Made by a program: the position numbers and the translations under genes. This document shows, piece after piece, positions 9,544 through 21,500 of a stretch of DNA of 64,000 nucleotides. The notes under the pieces are model-generated. The model did not search any database, was not told the DNA's origin, and worked only from the letters and a program-made list of their open reading frames with translations. Source of the DNA: a virus; the IMG/VR virus record IMGVR_UViG_3300034101_006340, positions 121,115-185,114 of that record; one strand, written 5' to 3'. Numbering within the stretch: position 1 is the stretch's first letter; every line of letters begins with the position of its first letter.

Positions 9544-12500
9544 TTATGCTTGTCTATTAATAGTAATAGTATCACTACCAGAATCATCATATACTAAAAT
9601 ATCAAATGAACTGATAATACCAGGACCCCAATTTGCTCCATTACTAGAGGACAATGTAATTGTAGTTAATCCGGTTGTAGAATTATATGTGTCTTTATTT
9701 GTATTGGGCTGGAACCTATTAAATCCACAGTATGTCCAATTGCCTAATCCTGTTCTATCTATTTTAACCTTCATGCGTTGTGATAGAGCCGGATAAACGC
9801 CTCCATCTATATTTAATGTTACAGTCCAGGAATTTGATGATTGTCCCCAAGATACTGTGCTACTAACTATTGATAGTGGTTTACCAACATTCATAATACA
9901 ATCTTTATAGAAAGCTTTTGGTCTCCAGCCAAGAACAAAAATAGGAGCCAATGGATTTTCTCTTGTTATTACACGATAATTATATTGACCATACAAAATA
10001 TTAGGTCTACCAGATATCAAAAAGTCAAAATTGCCTTCTGTATTACTATCTATATTAGCTGGCATGATCTTAATATTATCTTCTATAGTGGAATGAATTT
10101 TAATAGAATCATTAGTAGAGAATCCTCTGTATATACCGGATGGGGTTGAACCGCCACCAGCTATAAGCACTAAACCTGTATTAGAAATAGAGTTAACCGA
10201 TAAAATAGTAGCTTTATCTTCCATAGTATAGAATACGCTACTAAATCTATCACTATATTGTGATGTAATTTTATCTAGAATAATATTTGTTGTGGCCTCG
10301 GTCATAGATAAATTATTATGTCTAATATAAATTAGGTTACCACTTAGATCTATGTTGGTGATTCTTGTTACTGGTTTAAGATCAATATCTAGATTAAGAC
10401 TTTGACTACCATAATTTTTGCTAAATACTATTGGACGAGTACCCATATTAGGAACAGACAGTCCGCCAAGATCAAAATTACCACTAGTTAGACCAGTAAT
10501 AAAAACATCTAGTATTTGTGTTGGCTGGAATGGCGGAGTGTATGTTACAGTAACTTCTACTAAGTTATTTACATCGAATACTTCATATATATCTGTTTGA
10601 CCTGGAGAGCTATTTATACTTGCTATCCAGTCATTGCGAACAACTAATGAGGTTGGAGCAGAATAGTATCCTGCTGTTTTTGTAAAATCTGGGATATTGC
10701 CGCTGTTGTTGAATTTACGAGACACGACACTATTAAGTATAATTCCAGAAATACTAGGCAAATACGAACTCGAAGACCATATGCTACCATTATTACCAGA
10801 AATTGATAATAAATATGGATAATTAGTATATCCGTCTGGACATAACCCTCCTATACAAATATCTGTTGGTATATACCCGCCAAGGGCTAGTCCACGAATT
10901 CCATACTGTCCATTCAGGCTATTGTAGTTTATAAGTTCTCCACTATAAATATTAAACGTATCTGGATAGGATATTGTTACAGCTGGGAACGAGTTTTCCG
11001 TTGGTATATCTCCTAATAATCCAGCTTTATGTACCCAAGAATATATGCTAGGCGTGGCTGTTGGATTAGTGTTTGGATCGAATGTTGGAAATGCACCACC
11101 GGCACAACTATAATCTATTCTAAATGTAGCTCCTTTATTATTTGCGCTTTGTGCCAATGTGCTTGATGTTAGTCTGATGGGAGCACTATTCTGGATAGCC
11201 ACAGAAACTGATCCGCTTTGAATAGTACTATTACTGACTAAATTGGTAACAGTATAATAGGCAGTGCCAGCCCTTTCGTTTTGCGGCTTGTTTCTTTCAA
11301 TAATAGAATCTCCATAAGCTAATCTAGAATTTAAAGAAAATGTTGTTCCGTCGTCTCCATATGAACGATTAGCTAGTGGTGGAGGGTCCGTGATTTCTAT
11401 ATAAATTGGGGGTAATGATACCCCACTAAATCTTACAAAACCTGTCTCTGGACATGTTGTATATTTAATTTCTGCTAGTCTAGATGTATCATCAACAACA
11501 TTATATCTCAGGCCCGTTCCAAAAGTATCAGATGATGCAAAATATCCCCCAGTAGGTATATAGCCACTAAAACTTGGAGAAACAAAACCATATATACCAT
11601 ATCTACCTTGAAGATCAGCAGCAACCCTGCCATTACCTAAAACACAACCCTCTGTACTAAGAGTAACATCACCAACATTAAATACTGTTGCTAAATCAGC
11701 TATTGCTTTAACAACAGGAGTTGAGATAACAATCTCTGCTATTCCTGTGTGTGGGGAAGAAATACTTTCGTTGCTCTTAATATAAAATGAATTTAATGGA
11801 ACATGATTAGGTAAGCCGGTCAGGGATGTAGCTTTTTTAACATAATAATTACCATCATTATTATTCAACTCTAGCATGTTGAAATAAATAAAAGAATTAT
11901 TTTGTATATTAGTATATTGAGCACTATGGCTGGCCACTGGATGTAATACAAGAAAGTCTGTTGAGGTACTGTCTGCGCCACTATACATAACAGGAAATTT
12001 TGCACAGTGCGGGCTGAATGGTATGGTTGAATAACATGTCATTTCTAAAACTGAAGCTTCTGGTTGTTTAACCGTTATACCACCCATAGTAATCTTGTCA
12101 TTACCAGTAGATGGTGTGAATATAGGATCGGCATTTTCAAAATATAAAGTCATATATATATTAGGCGCCATTGGTGTAACAGAGGTGCCGAATATAATTT
12201 CTTGTGTCTTTTTCTTGCCTCTCGCGTCGATAATTGTGAGATAGAATTTATCAGGATACTCAGAAGAACCACTTGGTGGATAATATGATACAGACCCTTG
12301 TATGGTCAGTACTCCGCTATTCACATTGTCGTAGTGTGGAGCATTGAATAAGTTGCCTTCTGGTCCAGAATATTGTATTGAATATGTTAAACCAGTTGGT
12401 AAAGATCCGCTAGTAATTATACCGCTTAAACCAGTTGGTATTGGGCATACAGATCTATTAGCTGGTCCAAATTTATAGACATTGAAATAAGAATCGCATC

Positions 12501-15500
12501 CTGGTTTAATAGCTGTTTTAATATTAAACTCTGGTGCCGACCCTTGAACAATATTCGGAACGGGATGGTCCTGTGTGGTCGGGATATAAGTAAATACAGA
12601 CTGAATACTATCAGATGGTTCTATGTAAATAGGATTATTTGCTAAATTAGTATCTATAGCAATGATAGAGAAGTCTAACTCTCCAGAGAGTAGACAGGAT
12701 GGGTCTCCACTAAAGCTAAAATTCCAAGATTTGTCTGCTGTATTAAATAATGGCTGTGTTGCTATGCATTTATGTAGCTGTGAATTTGGAGGCAAGTCTG
12801 TATTGTATAATGGATCTAGTCTTGGATCATAACCACTACACACAGTTGGTGTTCCAGAAAGAAAAATAGAGGGCGGGTTTTGTGGGGATTGAAGTCCAAA
12901 AATTGTTTTGAAATTAAGCTGCCATTTTTCTCCTTGTTGAACAATTAAACCTGATTCTGGTGTGAATGGAGTATTTTGATTTCCATTATTTATTCCAGTG
13001 ATTTTAATCGGTAAACCTTCTACAATATCTAAGTTGTTATTTTGTAATTCAAGTAGATTTACTTTAGCTACGGCTGTAATTTTATCATCGGCTATTCCTT
13101 TGCATTGTAGAGTTAAGGATGGGTATTGAGAATTAGTATCTACAATCAATCTGGCATCCCATTTATCAATTAGTTTATTACCAGTAGCATAGAATTCCCA
13201 TATATTTAAATTACTATCAAATTGCATAGAAGCTTGATTCGGAGATATAAATAAGCTATTGTTGCCAGCAAAAGTAATTTGATTCGACGCCTTGTTGCCA
13301 GAAGCCTTGTCAACTATATCTGCGTTTATAAAAAATTCATTATTTGGAGTAGTATATATATTTGATTGAATATAATTAATAGACTTAGTATGTTTATAAG
13401 TTATATTAAATGAACCAGTAATAGAACTAGCAATCTGATCGTCGGCTGTAAATTTAATATTATATGTTCCCGTATTAGCAGCATATCTGCCATAAATATC
13501 GGGCTTGCCTTCTAATAATACAATCCAATAGTTTCCATTTTCATTATATCTGTATCTAACTTTATAGGATAAATCTATATTAGAATTATCTCCGATAGAT
13601 GGAGTATTATATAATTTAACTCTGGGTGGCTTATCTGGTCTGTGTTTTATTACGCCTTCTTGTAGTGCAAATTCATAGGTCCAGGGTTGATCAAGACTAA
13701 ATATACCTGAACTACTAGAATTGTAGTAATAGCTAACCATCATAGGTCTATAAAAAGTTAAATTAAAGTTATAAGTGCTTGAGCTATAATTTACAGTCGA
13801 TGGTGATCCATCGACGTATAGATACTGATTAACATTATAAGAGAATTGACCACCCGCAATATATTTTGTCTCAGATAAATATGAGCTATCTCCAGTATTT
13901 TTAGGAATTACTGTAGCAATATATCTGTTTGTATCTCCGTCCCAACTAATGCTAGTTGTGGTATTAATACCAGGAGCAGAAAAGAATGTGCTGGGATTAG
14001 CGACTTGTTCATATACAGGAATATAAAAAGATATATTTTGTAGCTGGCTAATATCTACATAATAATCAGTTTTTACTTTATTAAGCGTTGGAACAAACGG
14101 GGGTCTATCATTTAAACTGCTCAAAATCTTTATCGTTCCGGTGCCGACAGCAATAGTTTCGCTAGTATAGAAATCAGCAAATCTAATAACAGGATTCCAA
14201 ATGCCAGTGCTGAATGGTATTGTGCTGCCTCCACCACCTGCTAATCGATATCCTTGAACACTAATAGTAGATGCGTCTCTAATATCAATATCGTAACTAA
14301 AGTCATTTGGTGTTCCAAAAAGAGTTATACCTTGATTACCAGGAAAGTCATTAAGCAGATCCAGTCCTGTGGTATCGAAATTTAAAAACCATTCGGTGTC
14401 TGACGTTGTGAAGTATCCAGTAGGATATGTTGTATTAACAGATTTTTTATCTTTAATAATCATATTAACTGTTTTATAGCTATCTCCAGTTTCATCTCTA
14501 GCTATAATTGTTAAAGGATATACTCCTGTTTTATTCATTGGTATAATTTCTACTCCGATATCCCAGCCAGAACCAGCTCTATAACCATATAGCAATGGAG
14601 AGGCATTTGTGAGTGTTCTGTAGGACGCCAATCCAGATATATAAATTTTTGGTATATTGACTGAAGCTGGAGTAACAAGCATTGGCGAACCACCGCTGGT
14701 GCTAATTCGAATTGTCTCTCCTAAAGAATCGGAATAGATTGTAAAATTTTCTCCAATATTATCGAATAACATGCCTGTATTGTTGTATATAGACAGATTA
14801 GTAATTCCTATTTTGTCTTTATTGTTATAAATAATATTGGTAGTATCATTATTAAATTGTAAAGCATAGCCAGAATAGATTGGTATATTTTTCACTAAAT
14901 GGAATAAATGAGTCCATTTTTTAGTACTTGAATCAAAGTAATTAATACTATTTTGCACCAATTGGGTATTTAGACCTACTGCTAAAGACTGAGTAATAAA
15001 AGTATTATCAATATTAGGATACAGATGGGTTTTAATATTATATTTGCTAGGAATAATATATACTAAACCAGATGAGCCAACTAAAGAACTATTATAGTTG
15101 GGACTAATAGATATTTTATTGCTATTAATAAAATCTGTAATTCTATAAGTTGTACTAATAGACGATGCAACTGAATCAAAATCAAAATAATAAGAATCAT
15201 TAGAATTTAAAGAAGCAAACGATGATCCCAAGTATGGAGTGATAGTGACACATAATTTATTAGAATTACAAATTTTTTCGTCCGCAAATACCGCATAAAC
15301 ACCGGTTAGTGGGCTATTTGAAATGACAGCATCCACATCTTGTGGCCATCTGGCAGTATACCCTCCATAAGACTGTAAGTAGATATTATTGTAGTTAATT
15401 AAATCAAATGTACCAGAGTAGTGAGGTATAAATGAAATCGTACCAATGTTTGGTAAAAATCCAGTTCCAGTGCCGAATGGTAACAGATGACGAACCGTAT

Positions 15501-18500
15501 TTTCTCTTAAGCTTGCATATTGGTAGTCATATATACTGCTGGGGATACTTAATGATCCATCCAAAGATATACCAGTAATAGAATATAATTGATTTACTGG
15601 ATTAATTTTTTGTATAAATCTTGCATAACCAGATGAAACAGGCATTCGATTTAGATCTTTAATACGCAGCTGTTCATTTTCCAAGCAGTAGCTTTTCACA
15701 GAACTAAGATTATCTATAACTATTAAATTACCATTATAATAAATTGTATTGTTTTTATTATATGGTTTATTAGTATTACAATACTTTGTACTAGTAGATA
15801 TAGATGGTAATATATAAAATGAATTAGATAATGGTTGATTATTACGAGGATAATATAGCTTATCAGTAAATATTGGTATTGCAGAATCGAGCAGTAGGCC
15901 TGGAGTATTAACTGTGTTTTCTACGTAAGTATTTAATTGTAGATAGTTAAAATTACTTGTGGTATTGCCATTTAATTCTATTGTAATTGTATCAAATCTT
16001 GTAACAGGAATAGTGATATCAAGGTTTCCAGATAAGCCGTTAGTTCCTGTTGTGAATATTGGAGTAACACCAGAGACAACTCCAAGATCCGCAAGCTTAT
16101 CAATAAGAGTTTGTTGGGAGTATGTGATTTTTGTAATACTGAATCCGGAATCTTCCGACGATGTTTGTATACCTCCAAAAATTTTAATAGTATTGGTATT
16201 GTGTCCTAAGTACAAAAATTGTAACATTTTATTAGAACCACTAGTACTAATAATATCTGTAATATACCATCTTTCTGGTGAGCCAACGCCTTTCATGTTA
16301 AGATATGGTATATTATTTATGTGATTAGTAAAACCAGTAGAATAAATATGATAAAAATCGACATATCCAATATCGGTTGGTTCCGCTCTTCTTACTGTTC
16401 TAATACCACTACTCCACTGTTGATTACCACTATTAAAAATAGAAGCATAGCCTATTCTAGTATCGTTAAGTGTTCCCGTAGTAGATATGATCTTATGATA
16501 TCTGGGAATAATACCAGTAAAAGAGTAGCCGGAATTATAGTCTAAATATTGATGTCCTGTAGTCTTAGACAAATTGTCATTATAGTTCAAAATAAATCCA
16601 CGATCTAGTCTATTGGTCAGATTAACATCCAAATAACAGGTACCAGAAGAGGATGCAGCAAATATATCTGTTATAAAACTTAGTCGCTCTTTATTTTCTG
16701 GTTGTAGAACAGCTGCTGATCTTTCGAGTAATACAAAATCTTTATCTGGAACATCGTCGATATTTCTAATTGATAAATTTTCTTTAAATACTTTGAAGCC
16801 AGTGTTATATGTAGCATTATGATCCCAAATCATAGAAGGCGATAGTGGCTGAAAATTACTAAGACGAATATTATCAAAAATAGACACAATTCCAGTTGGT
16901 AAATTCAAAGATAGAATTTTTGTATCTTTACGATATTCGAACGTAATATTGGTATATGTTGAAGAAAATTCTTTATCCAATTTTCTAACATCATAAATAA
17001 TTTCGTGATCATGGAACAATGAACCAAAAAACTTAAAACCATTAGTCATATATGTACCAGAAACAATACTATCTAAATATTCATCACTTTTTAATAGATA
17101 CCTAGCATTGTCTGATGAGACAACTTTTTGACCGCTAACACCAATAATATCAAACAAATAATTTTTGGGTAATCTTGCACTATTAGTATTGTATACAGAA
17201 TTAAATTTAATTGGTAATCTATTTACATAGTCGGGACTCTTGATAATTTGTTCATGGTTTCTGTCTAGATTTAAGCGTATAGAACCAGTATGAGTAACAA
17301 CCCTGTTAGACGGATAAAGGAATAAATTTCTAACCTTTATTGTGTTAGATGTTGAGGAAAGTACGTCTGTGTATGTATCGGTGCGTGGAAATAAAGCGTT
17401 TGCTTGATTAGACAATGCTTCGTATAGATATACATAGTCATTAATTCTTAAATCTTTATTGAAATCTTTATTTGAAGTAATAGTGATATCATTGGCCGCA
17501 AATGATGTATAAAATGTTGCTACTCCAGTAACATACTGAGAACCAACAAGATCATCGTGTACAACCATTCCATTAATAATAGAATTTGGTATATTGACAG
17601 GGCAATCTCCAGATGATAAACCCACACTATTGTACAGTGATTCCTCTGGAAAATAGTTATCATCTGCTGGAGCAATACCAGTGTACACAAGAAGACCAGA
17701 AGTAGAAGCCCGGTCATAAATATTGCTTAAACGTATAGCATATTCGTTTGTATATGCGTAATATGGCACCAGTTTACCCCAGCTGTAGTAGAAGTCTGGT
17801 TCCGTAAAACTTAATCCTGTAGGTCTATTTTCTAAATTGTCTTCATAGTATCCTAATGAACCATTATTGACTTCTGTTGCTGTATACGAGTATACTGTTG
17901 GATATTTTAATACTATTTGATTGATAGTACCAGGAAATAAAATATAGGCCGATCCACTGTGTGCTAGAATAGCATAGTCATGAACCAATCTATCGTTGTT
18001 TTCGCAAAGCAGTTCTTCTTCTAATAGTTCAGCAAATATTTTGCCATTATTTGGATATATTTTTGTTGTGTCTAATAATTCATATCTATTAGACAATTCT
18101 ATCCTAGAACCATTTAACTTTTCTGTTTCTGGTATTAATCCAAAATTATCTTCTGTAGATAAGATAGCATATTCGAATGGGCTACTATTATAAAAATATC
18201 CAGTATAATTTCTATCATCAGTAATAAGTTGAGTTGTATCATTAGATCCAATTCCGTTTACATATAAAATAGGATTATTGATATGTTCTAAAAATGTCCA
18301 ACTATCATAAGCATGTAATAAATCAGATCGTGCATAGTCTATATTAGAAACAAATAATCCTTCATTATCATCATCTGTCGGAGGATTAACAACTCTTAGT
18401 GGGTTGTAAACAATTCCTGTCGGGAGTAGTTCGATATTTTCTCTAAGATTGCGACGAATCCTAAAGGGATATGTGCTAAACCAAACTCTTTCATCAACAA

Positions 18501-21500
18501 TGATGCCATTTATTTTTTCTTTATTTTCTGTTACGATTGAATAATTATTTTCAGTGGTAAAAAAAACATCTATTAATGTGACTGGATGTGTTATATATTC
18601 AAAATTGCTTTCATTGTCCCCGATAAGCGTATCGACTTCAGAAGATAGTGTATTTTCTAATTTTTCATCGAACAGCTTAGAATAGGATATCTTCTTAGAC
18701 CATGCCACAGACTTTTGTGTATTATCTTTATATGCCAAGTAAGATAAATCATCTTCTATTTTTAGATCATCGATTGTTCCTTCTTGTTCAACCTTAAAAG
18801 AAAGTTGGGGAATTGAATATTCATGGTCTAATGCGTCATTATTTTCTGTTAAAACAAGACCCTTTGCTTCCTGTATAAGTCCTCTGCCCAAAATAATACT
18901 AAAATCACTAATTTCTTTTGCTCTAAGATTGGTTCCAAAACACTCGCTTAAGTTTTGCTCTCCTAAATATTGTCCAGTAAATACTGCAAAATCTCTATAT
19001 GGTATATAGATATTATCAAAAATAAATAAATTACCACTAATTGGAGTTCCGCTTAATACTGTTGGACGATATGTTTTAGTGACTTTGGTGTTGCCAGATA
19101 ATCCTATGCTAGGATCTGAAATAGGCAAAGATCGAGCAAAAACATTTGTGCCGATACCAAATAACTGGGGAGCACCGCTAAGTGTAACAATATTACTGAA
19201 AGTCTTAGTCGTTGGTTGAGCATGACGGAATAGGTCGCTGCCTTTCATAAAAATTCCAGACACGGAATTAGACGCAGAACCAAAGAAAATATAAGGATTA
19301 TAACCACCATTAACTAATAATTCTCCAACTAATGTGTCCTTACTATTTTCTAGTACGGTATTTTTAGCAAGTTGAATAGAGTTAATCTTTAGTATTTCAC
19401 TAATTCCAGAAGCTAAAACATTGGATGTTATAACTGGATTGCCAGAAACTTCTATAATAAGATTATTGAATGCATACAAACCAGAAGCGTCCGTGGCTTT
19501 AATATCTATTGAATACGATCCAATGTCGCATTGATCAGGGGTGCCGCTTAATACAAGATTAATAGCATCAAAAGATAACCATCTAGGTAGTGGGTGTCCA
19601 CCCTTAATATTTGCTGAATATTGCAATACTCCGCTGTCTGGTTCCACAAACATATTACCTGGTAAACTATATACAAAAACATTATCGATAGGAATTCCAG
19701 TAGGTTCTAATACAATATTAACTTTTGGTATCTCATTGAGATTTTGTACATAAACATATAGAACTTGTTCGTAAAAAGAAGAAAAGTTTATATTTTGAGG
19801 TGTGCATCTTACTCTAATCGGGATAATATTATTATTCTCATAGTCTAAAGCTTCATTAGTATATAAAAAGTATCTATTTTTATCTCTAGTAATTCTAAAT
19901 TTATTATTAAATTCAGAAAACGATCCATTAACTAACTCATAATTCATAGGAGCAGAGATAAAATCTAGTGGTTGATAATTTGTATCAAAAAGTCTTATAC
20001 TTTGATAATTATCAATATTATATCTAACATAAACGCCGGTATGAACATTAATATCTGATAGAACTGAGCTATAATTACATGCTAAGTCTGTTCTGGCATA
20101 TATGTCTACATTGCCACTATTATTAGTAAACAAAGGAGCAATTTCAATAGACTGACCATCTATGAGACGATCTATTCTTGTGGCGGTGGTGATAGAAAAC
20201 GACGAATCACCATAAGCGTCTGGTTCATATACAAATCCAGAATTCTGTAATCCTATAAGAGATGCAGCCAATGGATTATTAATGTCTCCAGCTCCTCCGT
20301 CATTAACAAATACAATATTTTCTCCTGTATTAAATATTGGAGATGTCCTGGTTTGAGCACCAAGAATATTTAGTGCCTCTCCATCAACCCAAAGCTTATT
20401 GCAGCTTTTAAATAAATGAGCAGAAAAATCATCTATGGTAATAGATACTGGTCCAGATATTATCGTTGGATTAATGTCTATCGTTTTTATTGGAGCATTG
20501 ATATTTATAGTGCTAGAGGTTATGCTAGTAATCACCCTACGGTAATTATAAATATTATTAGAGAAATCCTTATATTGAATTTTGATTGTCATATTTGGTT
20601 TAATAAAAGTATGCAAAGCATAGCCATACTGATTAACTAAATAAGCAGAATTATATTGTATAGATGTTCCTTGAATAGCTGCTGGAATATTAGTGTTAAA
20701 GAACTTATCATATCCACTCGGAGCATTAACTACCAACTTAGCGCCAGAAGGTAAACCATATTTTACAGCCATCCATTTTGGTGCAGTAACAGCGACGGAA
20801 TTAGAATTAGGTGCTCCTTGAACAATATATCTACCAGATGGCGGCAAATACATTGATGCAGAGGAAAACTGACACTCTAGCATCGCTCCGGCTACGGCCT
20901 GATGAGGTTTTTGTGTTTGAATAACAAAAGTATTATTTAAAGGATGTTGTGTAAAAGATTCATAATATCTTGGTCTATGAATGTCTAATACTAAAGATCC
21001 GTCATGACTTTTTTCGAATACGCCAGTAATAGCAACGTTTTCTGGAGTATAAAAATAATAGGGATATAGATATCTTAAATCAACGCTTAGATTTTGTGCT
21101 GGCGGAGATTTAGCCCATACATATTGTGTTTTTGTAGCTTCTTTACCAGATGACATATCCTGATAAGTCCACTTATGCACATGTCTGCGTAATTGAGAAT
21201 TATTATAAGCTTCTGTTTTATAACCAATATTCGGTACTGTGGTAGTATTAATAATATTTGAAATATTGTTGGGATCACGATAAGTAGCATTATTAATAAT
21301 ACCACTAGTAAAAGAAAAATGAGCCACCCCAGAACTTAAGCCTTTATTCATTAATAATTCGATATTATATGCAATAGTTTTTTCTTTTGGTAGTTGTATG
21401 ACTGGAGATAAAGAAATCCAGCTTCCGTGTGTTTCTATGCCTTTCAGGTATGCTGCTACAGTTGAATATTGACCATGTTCTAAAACAGTAGTACCTGTTG

